Source of the DNA: the human T2T-CHM13v2.0 reference genome, Homo sapiens
NCBI RefSeq assembly: GCF_009914755.1
Contig: NC_060936.1
Direction: 5' to 3' (one strand)
Length of the DNA: 64,000 nt
The notes below the pieces were generated by a model. The model saw only the letters and a program-made list of their open reading frames with translations. It did not search any database and was not told the origin of the DNA. Positions 37,714 to 56,159 of this stretch are shown piece by piece; within the stretch, counting starts at the first letter, position 1, and each line of letters starts with the position of its first letter. The translations under genes and the position numbers were made by a program.

Positions 37714-38265
37714 TGTTACAGGAAAGGAGTCCCAATCCAGACCCCAAAAGAGGGTTCTTGGATCTCATGCAATAAAGAATTCAGGCCGAGTCCATAAAGT
37801 AAAGTGAAAGCAAGTTTATTAGGAAAGTAAAGGAATGAAAGAATGGCTACTCCATAGGCAGAGCAGATCCAAGGGCTGCTGGTTGCCCATTTTTATGGTT
37901 ATTTCTTGATGATATGCTAAACAAGGGGTGGATTATTTATGCCTCCTCCTTTTTGGCCCTTTTGGGTAACTTCTTGACATTGCCATGGCATTTGTAAACT
38001 GTCATGACGCGGGTGGGAGTGCAGCAGTGAGGGCGACCACAGGTCACTCTCGTCACCATCTTGGTTTTGGTGGGTTTTGGCTGGCTTCTTTACTTATCCT
38101 GTTTTATCAGCAAGGTCTTTATGACCTGTATTTTGTGCAGACCTCCTATCTTATCCTGTGACTCAGAATGCCTAACCATCTGGGAATGCAGCCCAGTAGG
38201 TTTCAGCCTCATTGTACCCAGCTCCTGGTCAAGATGGAGTCACTCTGGTTTAAACGCCTCTGACA
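37714..38265 (-). mobile_element. MER41A ERV1 solo LTR (552 bp)
   Basis: tgttacaggaaagg...aaacgcctctgaca; perfect 4-bp TSD atgg at 37710-37713 and 38266-38269. Confidence 0.92.
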
Positions 38266-38701
38266 ATGGGGCCTCTCTACTCCTGCCTTTTCCTTTCTCT
38301 TGTAACACCCTTGATTTAGGCCTTTGCTTGGCTGTTTTCTCCTTGACAGTGAGGTCTCCACTCTGCAGAGAGGACTTCCCTGACCAAAGTAGTTCCTATT
38401 ACTCTACCTTTTTTCCCCCCATGGCACTTATTGCTGCCCATAGGCAAATTAACAAATAAGTTAGACACAATAATTTTTGTCTCCTTTCCATCCCATGCTC
38501 TGCTTTTAAGTGGTGGATTTTGTAAAATCTAGGATCTTGGGTATCTTGATCACTGCCGAGGCTGGGTACATAGTGGATGTTCAATAAAATAGTTGTTGAA
38601 TAAATGACTGAATTAATGAAGGGAAAGCACGTAGGCTCTGCCACTTACTAGTTGCATGACCTTGAGCACGTTACTTAACTTCTCTGTGCCTCAGTTTTCT
38701 T

Positions 38702-39002
<301 letters not shown>

Positions 39003-39599
39003 TAGTTTCCCTATTTATAAAATGGGGGTGACAGCAGGACGCTCTTCTTGTGGTTGTGGCCATGAGACAATGCAGACAAGTCCTCTTATATCCTGGTCAT
39101 CACTGGGTAATTAGATTACAAAGGAGGAAAGTGGGGCACAGAGAAGAGTGGCTGGTCCTGGGTCCCAGAGAGCATCAGCTGCAGGTGGAGATTGTTACTT
39201 GGATGTTCTGGCTTCTGGCATTCCTTCCTTGAGATGCTGGGACTCCATTCAGTAGGTCCTAGGATGCCATCTTAGAGGCCTGAGCAAGTATAGCCATGTC
39301 ATAATTTTTAAAATGAAAGTAGAGTTTTAGAAAAAAGCATCTAGCAGACAGATGAATGTGTCCCTAGAGAAAAGTGGCCCCTGAGTTCCAGGTAGGGATG
39401 TTCATAGCAGCTCTGTTTGTAAGAAGCAAAACCAGGAAATGATCTAAATGCTCCAAGATAGGAGAGTGAAATTAATGGTGCTTTTCCCGTTGTGCGGAAG
39501 ACTCAGCTGTTGGAAATGTGGATGAACTAGGGCTCCACACAGCAACCAGGAGGGATTTCACAAACTTGGCCTGAAATGAGAAGGGCGGTATAGCGTAGA

Positions 39600-39832
39600 C
39601 AGTGGTCAGTCCTTCCCAACCAGGGGTAATTTTGTCCCCTACCCTGGCCGGGGACACTGGACAATGCCTGGAGACATTATTGGTTGTTACAATTGGGAGG
39701 TTGCGGGGTCCTACTGGCGTCCGGTGGACAGAAGCCAGGGATGCTTCTCAACATCCTGCAGTGCACAGGACAGTTCCACCACCAAGAACCATCCAGCCCC
39801 ACATGTCAATCAAGCTGAGACTGAGAAACCCT
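39600..39832 (+). mobile_element. MER20 within old L1M remnant
   Basis: caatgcctggagacattattggttgttacaa...gagaaaccct. Confidence 0.85.
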
Positions 39833-40100
39833 TCAGTGGATCATGCTATTTAGATAAAGCTCAGAAACATGCTAAGCAAACTGTGTGTTTAGGAATACGT
39901 ACATTCTTGGCAAAAGTATAAGGAAATGCATTTTACTAGATTGTTCCATGAGAGTGGGATTTTTGTTTTGTGGTTGTTCACATGTTAGTTGCTTCGCCAT
40001 CACCTTTTAAATGAGTGAAGTAATTACTGATAAACATCAAGTTTGGGATAGTGATTATTTCAGGGTGGGATGGAAATGGAAAATGCTTTTTTGTATATCC

Positions 40101-40405
40101 TTTTTTTTTTGTTTGCTTTTTGAGACTGGGTCTCACTTCATCACCCAGGCTGGAGTGTGGTGGCACAAACACGGCCCATTGCAGCTTTGACTTAGGCTCA
40201 AGTGATCCTCCCACCTCAGTCTCCCGCATAGCTGGGACTACAGGCATGTGGCACCATGACCGGCTAATTCTTTTATTTTATTTTTTGTAGAGATGGGGTC
40301 CCTCCATGTTACCCAGGCTGGTTGCAAACTCCTGGGCTCAAGCAATCCTCCCACTTTGGCCTCCCAAAATGGTGGGATTACAGGCATGAGTCACCATGCC
40401 TGGTC
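40101..40405 (-). mobile_element. AluJ
   Basis: Full reverse dimer. Confidence 0.93.
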
Positions 40406-40621
40406 TTTTTATGTCTTAAATATATTTCATAACAATAAAAAATTCCCTGAGAGAGGGGCAAAAACAGTGTATTCTTCCTACTTTTAAAGACAGACTCACC
40501 TCCGATCTGGGCTCCCCCTCTAACTAGCTTTATGATCTGGACATGGTGATCAGTTTGAGTCTCAGTTTTTCTCATCTGTAAACTAGGTTCCTACCTCCTG
40601 TATTTGCCATTTAAAAATGCT

Positions 40622-40920
40622 GACAGGGTATGATGAGTCATGCCTGTAATCCCAACACTTTGAGAGGCTGACCACTTGAGGCCAGGAGTTTGAGACCAGC
40701 CTTGCCAACATGGCGAAACCCTGTCTCTACTAAAAATACAAAAATTAGCCGAGCGTGGTGGCCCACAACTGTAATCCCAGATACCCAGGAGGCTGAGGCA
40801 GGAGAATTGCTTGAACCCAGGAGGCAGAGGCTGTAGTGAGCCGAGATTGCACCACTGCACCACAGCCTGAGCGACAGAGCAAGTCTCCGTCTCAAAAAAA
40901 AAAAAAAAAAAAAAAAAAAA
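40622..40920 (+). mobile_element. AluS with small left-arm deletion
   Basis: Alu dimer with long pure A tail. Confidence 0.93.
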
Positions 40921-41219
40921 GACTGTTTCAAAAAATAAAAAAAAGATGTAGCACAGCGGCTAGGAAAATACTTGGAAAGATCTGAGGAGCAGGTAGTATT
41001 GATTCCTTTGTTTCTGTGGCTCCCTGCCCCTCCCCTTCATCATCCCTGAATCCTATGGCTCTATGTCTTTGAGGAGGGTCACCACTGAATCTTCAGTGGA
41101 GACGCAGCATATGCACGGATGCTACATACATGTAGTGAATTTGCAAAACTAAAGGAAGAATTTTTTAAATTTCTGGACAAAAGGCAGCCAGCAGTTGGGG
41201 AGGGGTTGGAGGCAAGCAG

Positions 41220-41600
41220 GGCTGTGCACATATATATGTGAATATGAAGACATGCACATGTGTACATGTGACTGTGAATGACTATATGTGTGTGAGCCTG
41301 TGTCTAGGCATGTGTATAACTATGTGTGTGCATGTGTGTGGTCTATGAGCACATATGTATCTATGTGCACATTTGATATGTGTGTGTGTGTGTGAGTGTG
41401 TGGTGTAGGCATCTTCGCATATGTGATTGTGTATATGCATGTGGTTCTGTGCCTGAAAATGTAAGTGTGGATGAGAGAGGTGCACACAAGCACATATATA
41501 AGTAAATCTTCATTCACGCATGCAGGCATCTGAGTGTGTACCAATGTATATGTATTTGTGATTATGTGCATGCAAGTGTCTACACCCTACTAAAGGTATA
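41220..41600. repeat. Degenerate (TG/TA)n tract
   Basis: Alternating purine-pyrimidine low complexity. Confidence 0.8.
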
Positions 41601-42119
41601 TGTCTGAGTCTCTCTCTCTTCCTCCTTCCCACTTCCCCCACTCCTTTTCCTTCTCCTTTTGCCCAGGTGTGCTGGCCCGAGAATGACCACCTCAGGTGAG
41701 CCTCCTGGATCTCTGGCTTTGGGCATTCCCAGCAGGTGGGAGGCAGCTTAAGGCAGGCTCTTAGCAGGTGAAAATCCAGCTCCAGCCCCCGCTGAGCCCC
41801 AGCGAGAAAGGAATTGCCTGCAGGCTCTTCCCTAATCCTCCAACGGAACCTCCCTCACTTACCTCTCTCTGTGGTAACAAAGGATCTTTCTGCTCTGGTG
41901 GTCACATTCCTGACAGCTTAGTTCAGAACGGGGGAAGGGACAGCAGGATTTTGGGGGGCCGTTGGGCAATTTCTATTGGCCTGAGTTTCCTCCTCTGAGA
42001 AACTGACACAGAGTGGGAAGAAGACAAGCAGCAGAAGGGTCAGTAGGCAAAACTGTATTGCTGATGTGTTGTGTATTACCAACCTCCACGCTTCCCCATT
42101 TCAGACTTAGATGTGCTCA

Positions 42120-42618
<499 letters not shown>

Positions 42619-43299
42619 CCCCACCTTTCTGCAGCTCATTTCACTGGCCTAATTAATGTCCATATTCTTTGCTGTGGCATTCAATGTCCTCTGTTATGGG
42701 GGGAGGGATAACTGGAGAAGGTTTCTTGTAGGTACCGGTATGTGAGAGAGAACTGGACCCTACAGAACAGGTAGAGTTTGGGGAAGTGAAGATGTGAGGG
42801 AGGGGCCTTTAGAAGAAAGCTCATGGCTTAAGAAGGGGTCAGCTGCTGGACCTTGAGTCTGGTTGGTCGTCAACCAAAGAAATTAGGGTGGTGACAAGGC
42901 TGTGCTAAATTCCATGTATTGATATTGGTGCATGGTGGAGAGTGTTCCAGTTGGTAAGGTGACTTCATTCCTGTTACTTTACCTTTTCTTCTCAACCCAG
43001 TGAGGCTGATGTTATTATGTCCATTTGACATTTGAAGAAATGGAAGAAAAGGAAATAGTAGTGACTCACTCCAAGTCTGTACAGGGCTCAGGCCAGTACT
43101 CCTTTTTCTATAGCACAGCTGCCTGCCCTGCCCCTCTGTGAGAAGAAAGTCCTTGAGATCCCAGGGCTGGGAGATCTCTTGGAGGATGGCAGATTCCTGT
43201 TACTTTTGTTTATACCTACTTACGTTTTGACTTTGTCATCAAACATCTGTTCCTTAATGTCATCACTAGGAACATGCTTCTGTTCCTATAAGTTCCCCC

Positions 43300-44110
43300 A
43301 TTTATCCGGCCACCCATCCATCCACTCCTCTATTCATCTACATTTTTAGCACTCCTATACATCCACTCATCCATTTATTCATCCTCTTACTACCTACTCA
43401 TCCATCCATTCATCCATCCACCCATCCATCCATCCATCTACTCCCCCCAACCCACACATCCTACTTTCTCATTCATCTGCCTACTCACTATTCACCCATT
43501 CATTTCCCCATCAGTCCATGTATCCATACACCCAGTTATCCATCTTTCACCTATCTATCCATCCATACGTTCATCTATCAATGCCCTCCTGTCTGTTCAC
43601 TCACTTATCCATCCACATACCCACCAATCTATACTCCTTTCCATTCATCCATCCATCCATTCATCCATCCATCCATCCATCCATCCATCCATCCATCCAT
43701 CCATCCAAATACTCACCCATTCATCCATCTACCCACTATCCATTCTCTTACTTACCCACTTATCCATTTATATACCCATTTATCCATCCACACATTGACC
43801 CATCTATGTATCCACTCATCTATCCAGCCATCCACCTGCAGATTTAGCCAACCCACAATCATCTACTCATCCATTTATTCATTATTCACCTATATTAACC
43901 TCTCCTTCATTTACCCACCACATCCATCTACGCATCCATTTACCTACCCATCTACCCACTCAGCCACACACCCACCCAATTCCCAATCAACCCTAGACTA
44001 TCTACCTACCTATCTCTTTGACCAACCAATCAACCATCCATCCAAATACTCAACTGATCACCCTCCCATTAATCCATTCATCCAGTCACCTACCCACCCA
44101 CCCATCATTC
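43300..44110. repeat. Degenerate (TCCA)n simple-repeat array, about 800 bp
   Basis: catccatccatc throughout; purest at 43640-43706. Confidence 0.9.
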
Positions 44111-44192
44111 CTGGGCACAGACTCATCATTCCATGTGAGAGTCCAGGTTGGTCTACCCAAGCCAGTGCTGCCTGCTTACAGGGCTGCCATGA

Positions 44193-44635
<443 letters not shown>

Positions 44636-44735
44636 TGAAAGAAAAAGAGAAACAAGGAGACAGAAACCTGGGGAAGGAGTGGAGAAGAGAGAGGAAATGA
44701 TAGAGACCAGTGAGTGAACTAAAGAAGGGGAAAGA

Positions 44736-44889
44736 GGCCAGGTGTCATGGCTCATGCCTGTATTCTTGGAGCACTGTGAGGCTGAGGTGGGAGGATCGTT
44801 TAAGCCCAGAAGGTCGAGGCTGTAGTGAGCTATGATCCCGCACTGCACTCCAACCTGGGCGACAGAGCAAGACACTGTTTCAAAAAAAA
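44736..44889 (+). mobile_element. Alu monomer (FRAM-like)
   Basis: Single right-arm-type monomer with A tail. Confidence 0.8.
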
Positions 44890-44922
44890 GTAGGGGTACG
44901 GGGAGAAAAAGAAATAAACATG

Positions 44923-45442
<520 letters not shown>

Positions 45443-45444
45443 TT

Positions 45445-45960
45445 ATGTCGGCGGCGGTGGCGGGGGGTGGGTGGGGAGGAAGCAGAGGCTAGAGTGTCCC
45501 TAGCGTCACGCCCTGTCGCCCTCCCCTGAGCTCCCGGAAGCCCATGGGGCCGCGGCCAAGTTTCCCCGCCTCCCGAGGAGAGACAGAGAAGCCACGAGTC
45601 GCCGGGTGGGCGCGGCGCTCCTGGGCTCACCGGGGCGCATTGGCACTGGCGGCGGCTGCGCGGGCTCGGCCGGCCCCACCATCAATTAAGCGACCGCGGG
45701 GTCCGGCGAGCGGCAGCGTGTGTGGAAATTACCTTTTGATTTCTTAATTACATTGTCCTCACCTGCAGCTCAACCCGCCTAGGAGAGGCGCTCGCCGAGC
45801 TCGATTCTCCGGGTGCCATAAATTAGGACGCCAGTCGCCGGCGAACGCTGGGGGCTTCCAGTATACCTTCCAGCGCAGCCCGCAGGCTATTTTTATCTCC
45901 CTCAGCACCTCGGCACCTCGGAGGAGCTTCTGCTAATTCACTACCCCGACACCGTCTCAT
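45445..45960. promoter_or_regulatory. Non-repeat CpG island with AT-rich homeobox-motif core
   Basis: Dense CpG and GC; caattaag, cttaattac, ccataaatt at 45680-45825. Confidence 0.7.
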
Positions 45961-45999
45961 CTCCCCTGCAACCAAACCCAAGTCTATTCCCAGGCGTAG

Positions 46000-46200
46000 G
46001 GGAGTTGGGCTCTCACAGACCTGGGTTCCAAACCCAGCCTCTGCCAGGCCCTGACTGTGTGACCCTGGGCGAGGGCATCCACCTCTTAGAGCCTCAGTTT
46101 CCCCATCTGTAACATGAGAATAAAACATAGCTCCCATTTGTCTGGAGGGTAAGGCTTAAAGGAACTGCGCCTTGTGAAGGCTTAGTCCCACTGACTCTGA
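46000..46200 (+). mobile_element. MIR
   Basis: agacctgggttccaaacccagc...agcctcagtttccccatctgtaac. Confidence 0.85.
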
Positions 46201-46609
46201 TTCATTCGTTTCGTGAGTTCACCTTGAGTGCCTACTGTGGATCTAGTGCTATTCTAGGCTTTGCAGATAAAGAGATGAACAAAACAGTGTCTGACTTCTT
46301 GAAGTGAGCAATGGCTATGATTTATTATTATTATTTTATGATCAAAAGGTTCCAGGGTTTTTGAGACTCTTGGCGGATGCTGCAGATGGGTGCAGGGAGA
46401 CATGAGGGTGCTGCTGGGGAGGGCAGGTGAGGATTTAGGGTGGAGGAATCGTCAGGTTGGAGTGGAGCTGACCCACAACACAGACATAAAGGCATCCCAG
46501 AGATCAAGGTATTTGACAGATGGGGGAGTGACTTCCCTATGCCCGGCTGAGGCACTGGTAGAGCTTGGGTCTGACCTTTCAGTGTCTTCTCTCCCCATAG
46601 CTTGGTGAT

Positions 46610-47098
<489 letters not shown>

Positions 47099-47687
47099 CA
47101 TAGAATTGCCCTAACAAATGCAGGGTTTCCCTTGTTCACTGCCTTGATCTCAGAAAATGGATCATTGTGCCTCCTTTTATAAGAATTCAAGTTGCATCCA
47201 GACTGAGACATCCCACATGCTATAAACATGTACTTCAGGGGCTCCCAGACCCACTGACACCCAGGTTAGAGCCTGTGTCATAGCCCAGGCTCACGTTGGG
47301 ATTACCTGGGGAGTCTGAGAAAGTTCAGATACCTAGGCCCCTCCTCAGACCAATTCAATCTGCATTGCTGGGAGAGGTCCTGAGTCTCAGTCTTCCAAAG
47401 CTGCAGGTGATTCTGGTGTTAAGGGAGGATTGATAGCAACTGCCACTGTAGAAGCTGACCAGAGTGGGAAGTCAGAAGTCTCCATTTCCAAGCCCAGTAG
47501 TCCTGCCACTGACTCACTATTTGGGGCCAAATATGGTATCCCCTTCGGCACCCACCTAGGTCATATTCTGTCAGTTTATCAGGTCAGAAGCAATTGGAGA
47601 AACATGCAGAAAAGGCAGGTTCTACATGGGGTCCCCCTCCTAGAATTTGAGCCCTATGTAGGTTTGAGGTAGGGCCTGAGAATATGC

Positions 47688-47981
47688 TTTTTATTTTATT
47701 TATTCTTTTATTGAGACAAGGTCTTGCTCTGCCGCCCAGGCTGGAGTGCAGTGGTGTAATCATGGCTCACTGTAGCCTCAACTTCCCAGTTTCGGTGTGA
47801 TCCTTCTGCTTCAGCCTCCCGAGTAACTGGAACTACAGGTGTACCACCATACCTGGCTAATTTTTGTATTTTTTGAAGAGACAGATTTGCCCAAGTTGGT
47901 CTTGAACTCTTGGGCTCAAGTCATACTCCCTGCCTTGGCCTCCCAAATGCTGAAATTATAGGTGTGAGCTACCCTGCCTGG
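47688..47981 (-). mobile_element. AluJ
   Basis: TSD tgagaatatgc. Confidence 0.93.
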
Positions 47982-48240
47982 TGAGAATATGCATTTTAAA
48001 AGAGCTGCCAGGTAAACTTTGCTACAAACATCCACTCTGAGAGATTCCATGGGAGCAGCAGAGCAGGCAAGTTAAGGACCTGTTTGAACCCTAATTTCAT
48101 TTTACATCACAATCCTGGCTGTCTCCTTTCCAACCCCTTCTCTCACCTAATTTAGAGTTATACTTTTTTCCTCTTTTGAGCATGTTTATTTAAACTCCTT
48201 TAAATTCATGTTTCTTGATATTTTTAAAATATTAATTGAT

Positions 48241-48530
48241 AGCCAGGTGCAGTGGCTCATGCCTGAAACCCTAGCACTTTAGGAGGCTGAGTCAGGAGGA
48301 TGGCTTGAGCTCAGAAGTTTGAGACCAGCCTGGGCAACATGGTGAAACCCTGTCTCTACTAAAAATACAAAAATTAGCTGGGTGTGGTGGCACCTGCCTG
48401 TAGTCCCAGCTACTTGGGGGGCTGAGGAAGGAGGATTACTTGAACCCAGGTGGTCGAGGTGGCAGTGAGTCAAGATGGTGCTACTGCACTCCAGCCTGGG
48501 TGACAAAGTGAGACCCTGTCTCAAATATAT
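48241..48530 (+). mobile_element. AluJ/S
   Basis: Full dimer; flanking atatta(a/g)ttga. Confidence 0.93.
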
Positions 48531-48725
48531 ATATTAGTTGAAGGAGACACTTTTTTGGGGGTTATGGAGGAGAAGGTTCCCCCTCCCGCAGTATATGTTT
48601 ATCAAATATTGATCAAAATTCTCAAAAATGCTTCTACTAAGCTCTTGCTTCCAGAAAAGGTGGCATAACAGAGACCAGATTTATTATCCTGCCTTAAACA
48701 ACTGGAAAACCAGACCAAATATTTA

Positions 48726-49947
<1,222 letters not shown>

Positions 49948-50579
49948 CAGACAAAATATTTAAAAGCAACAGTTTTAGGCACTGAACAACAGGCAGTCTA
50001 GGTCTGTGTCACTGAAAGAAGGAAAACGAGGAGACCTCTGGGTTTCCAAGCCATAGCACAGGGAGGGGAAACCCAAAGCGCTTGAGAACTTCCTGAGTGA
50101 AGTCAAGATAGAGTTAGGAGTTCAAGGAGTCCAAGGGGGTAGAATTTATGGGATGGGGGAACTGGAGAGTAGAGACCTTCCTGGGGAGATAACTCCAGAA
50201 ATCAGGAGAGAGGTGCTCTTATGTCCTTGGTTCTGGGTTCTGTGCATTTGCCAGAGGTAACTTCCTGAAGCCAAGGAGAGAACCACCAAAAGGAGTAGGT
50301 AGAACAATTCCTAGATCTCACATAGGGCTGGGATAGCTCATGTGACCATGGACAACCCTCATAAGAGACCAGCCATGGGGTAGGGTCCTCAGAAGAGTAT
50401 AGCTGTAGGAGTGGGGATAAGTTATCCCTAGATGAAAGACTGCTGCTTTGACACTGCCCTAAGAAAACATAAAAACAAGATTTGAAAGCTACAATTGGTT
50501 CTAAGTAACTTAACTGTTTGCTAGAACAAAACTCAGCACTATTTAAAGGACTACAACAAAACTGAGTAACCAAAAGTAA

Positions 50580-51495
<916 letters not shown>

Positions 51496-51769
51496 ATGTT
51501 CATGCCCTCTGGCTGCAGAATTTTACTTCTCAGAAGGTATCCCAAGGAAATATTCAGAATGTGGACAAGGATTTATGAACAAGGATGGCCTTCAAAGAAT
51601 TGTTTCTTATGGTGAAAAATCATATACAAGCAAAATATCCAATTGTAGAGGTGGGATGAAATAATGATGATATGTGCATAGGATGGATTGCTGGGCAAAT
51701 TATTAAAATAATTTAATGACCTGGGAAAAATACGCATGATGAAATGCCTGCTGAAAGACAAAATGTGAG

Positions 51770-52000
51770 CTAGGAGTGCAGATACCTGTGTTGAATCCTG
51801 GCTGTGCCACACATGGCTGTGTGATGTTGGGAAAATGCTTAGCCTCTCTAATCCTTGATTTTCTCATCCTTACAATGGAGATGCAAGTAACACCTATTAT
51901 ACAGGTTGCAGTCAGGATTAAATACAATAACACTAGTAAAATTCTTAGCATTTGGCATGTGACGAACATGGTAAATGCTAGTGAAGATTATTTGCTATGA
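51770..52000 (+). mobile_element. MIR
   Basis: gttgaatcctggctgtgccac...tgtgtgatgttggg. Confidence 0.75.
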
Positions 52001-52354
52001 CCAAAGTCCATAAATGGCAGGACAGTTGTCTAAAATTCTCTGTAAAGGATAAGACAGAAATATACAAGCTTGTTTAGCGTGGTCGTCTTTAGGCTATGGA
52101 AAGGTAGTTTATCTTATTTTTTCTCCTTATACTTGTCTTTATTTTTCAACTGTTCTATAATAAGGATGTGTTACTTGTAGAATCAGGATCAAACCAATAA
52201 GCGTTGTAAAGAAGAGTTTCCTTTGCATTTCTGAAATTCTAAAAATGTATATAGAAGCATCATTCTAGACATAGAGTATTGATTAGGGGGTATAAGGTGG
52301 AGATGAGAGGAATACAAGGATGGGGAAAATATGATTCTTGCTTTCAAAGTGTTA

Positions 52355-52705
<351 letters not shown>

Positions 52706-53099
52706 CAAAGTGTTTGCAACATACTTGGGTATATACAGTTGTAAAACATAGAAACAAATAATCCTAACACAAAATGGAAAGGACAAGCAGCAAGATCTGC
52801 AGAGGTACAAGTAGTACGACAGAAGTGCTGTGGCAATGCCCTAGAAGGAAATGTTGGCGTTGCCTGGGAGCAATGGGGTGGCTTCCCAGAGAATGAGTGA
52901 TCAAGCCCAGCTGGGAGATGAACAGCACTCCTTGTGGAGGGCACTGCATGAGCAAAGCTCTGGAGTTGAGATTGTGCAGACCATCTTCAGAGGATGATGA
53001 GTTGACTGTTGGGGCTTGATTGCGGGGTGTGTATGACAGAGGGGAAGGGGAAGATAGAGGCAGCCAAGCTCATGAAAGATCTTGGTTCTAGTTTTGGGG

Positions 53100-53320
53100 C
53101 AGTGACCACGTGTCAGCACTGTTCTGAGCACTTCACAAGTGTTTACACTTTTAAACTTACGAAACCCTGAGTCAGGCAGTATTTCAAGCTCCGTTTTACA
53201 GAGAGCAAACCGAAGCATAGACACAGGAACAGATTCGGTCACGCTCCCTACAGCTAGTAGGTGGCAAAATCGGGACTCAAATCCAGGCAGTGTGGCTCCC
53301 GGTCCCTGACTCCTTGACAC
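53100..53320 (-). mobile_element. MIR
   Basis: ccgttttacagagagcaaaccgaagc...gggactcaaatccaggcagtgtggctcc. Confidence 0.75.
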
Positions 53321-53699
53321 AGCCCTGCACTGTGTAGATCAGGCTTGGATATTTTCCCTTTGCAATAGGAGGCCATGGATGGTTTCATACAGGAACTAAA
53401 AAGTGACTTTGGCGAAGACGTAATCCTGTTCTCTACATCAGAGTAATTGCTTTTTCTTTCTTTCCTACACAAAAAGATGTTTGGTAAGAAACCAAAGGTG
53501 ATCTGCTGTACAGGGGATAGGAGATGTGGATTTAACCCTTCAACTCTGACCCTCTAGGAGAAGCAAGACGTTTCTATTCCGTGCTGTGGATTTCTTGTCT
53601 TAATAAAGTTGGAGCTGGAAGGGGGAGGAGAAGAAAAGGGAGTGTTTCTAAGTGGGGATAAAAAAATCCCCACAAAACCCTGAAATTTCATCTCAGCCT

Positions 53700-54250
53700 C
53701 AAGTGGAGATTAACCATGCCAAAAATCTATGTTATTGATAACAATAATAATGACGATTATTATATTTTATTTTTCAATCCTGGTAATTATTGTACATTAA
53801 ATCATTAGCATTCATTATTCCTACAATGTGTAATTAGGACAATGGTGGATAGATTGCTCTTGACTGTAATGAAGTTTTTATAATTGTAATTTATTGGCAT
53901 CAAATTGCCTTTCTTAAAATGAATCTGAACATCACATTCTTAATTCTGGGGAGGGGGTGGCAATTATTTTTAATTAATGTTTCTTGTTTGTGCCACACAG
54001 GGCGAGCTGTCTGACCAAGCCAATTCTCTGGGTCTGCAAGGAAGTTAACCAAGAAGAGCAAAGGCATTCTTGAATCAGTATCTATCACGAAACATTTTCC
54101 TTTTTCCTGTCCCCCACCCTGGTTCCATCTCCCCTCCTTCAAGGCAGTGGCCACAGGAAAAAAAACACCCAACCATTTACCAATATGATTAGCCGTGGAG
54201 ATGGGAGATGATGATGCAGATTGTTTAAGCCAATTTGTTGCTAGGTTTGA
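53700..54250. promoter_or_regulatory. Candidate conserved developmental enhancer (AT-rich, homeodomain/SOX motifs)
   Basis: Multiple taatta, acaatg x2, tttattgg, ttaattaa in non-repeat DNA; inference. Confidence 0.45.
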
Positions 54251-54289
54251 GGAGAATATTTTTTTCTTCCTTCAGAAATGGCTCAATTG

Positions 54290-54774
<485 letters not shown>

Positions 54775-56159
54775 CTACTTCTTGTTTCTAGAAAGGCCAA
54801 GTGAGAAGTCTTGGGGCACGTGTTTCTACTGTTGTAATATGAAGTTGCCTGTATTTGACTGGGTTTGACCTACAAAAAGGGCAATTTATTTGTTCAAACA
54901 AATCTATCCACCAGGATGGTAATCAATGAAATAACTCCTTTCCAAAGATGTTGATTAGGAGGGACAGAAAGGCCATTCGTTTTTAGGCAATTGAGTGAGC
55001 AAGAAGAGTGTTTGTAAAGGAGTATAAGGAGAGAGGAGGGGGCAGACTGAGGGCTACACAGAGAAGAAGTGGCCTGGAGAGAGGGACTGACTTACTTATC
55101 AACCATCCTACACCAAGCATAGGCCAGGCCCTTTCTGTGCGCATGTTCAAGGTGATAAGTGGCACTACCCTGGATCTCTCTGACTTCCAGACACCTGCAC
55201 TTTCTACTGTTCCAGAAATGGACAGCTATCAGTCATTCACATCTTAGACTAGACACAAGACCAGCCTGATCTTTTGCCTCCTAAACTTGATCTTGGTTTC
55301 CTGGTAAAGGAACATTAGGCTTTATTGAGCTGAAAGGGAAGTAGTTCTAGATCCTGAAGACTAAGTTTCTACTGCCCCTATAGCCAGACCAAAGGGGCAG
55401 ATGTCTACTTCATCTGTGATGGTGACATTCTACACCCTGGTTTGAACAGGGAGACTTTTGCCTTGTCCAGGAGGGATCTGGTGTCATGTCTGTGCTGAGA
55501 TTCCAGGAGAACACACAGCCTTTGATACTCTGTATGTGTAAGGGGCTTGTGACATTTACAGTTGTCTAGTGAATATTGTTAAGGAGGACTGAATTCAGGG
55601 TAGGCACTTCTGTGGTTGGTGGTGGCTGGGGCAGGGCTTGGATCTGTGGTCAGGACTCAAGGGATCCTGAGAAGTTACTACAACCAGCACCTTGGGTCCA
55701 AATTAGTTGACAGCACCCATGGATAAAGACATGGTCTTCTAAGAGATGGTGAGGGCCCCCTGGCTCCATGGAGATGTGATATTGAGGGTCTGGGATGGGC
55801 GCAATTTTCAGCACCAAGGACAGAGGCCAAGCCAAGCCAGGACCGGGGACCTTCTAAGGTGAGCTATACATAATCCTATAGTTTTTAGAGATCTCCTGGT
55901 GTCATTTTGTGCAAGCTTCTTCAGTTGGCTTTCCTCTTTCTTGCCTCTCAGGGCAAGAATCTGGATTCTTGGATTCTGATATCTTATTCTAGCTCTGTCA
56001 CTTATGAGCTGGGAAAGTTTATAGAATGGGTTAATAATTGGTTGGCTTGAAGATTAATGAAATCCTGCCTATAAAAAAGCAAAGCAAGGTACCTGGTAAA
56101 GTAAGTGCTCAATAAGGGGCATTTGTGGCTATTATTCTGGAGGTGGAGTTGGTAGCTAT

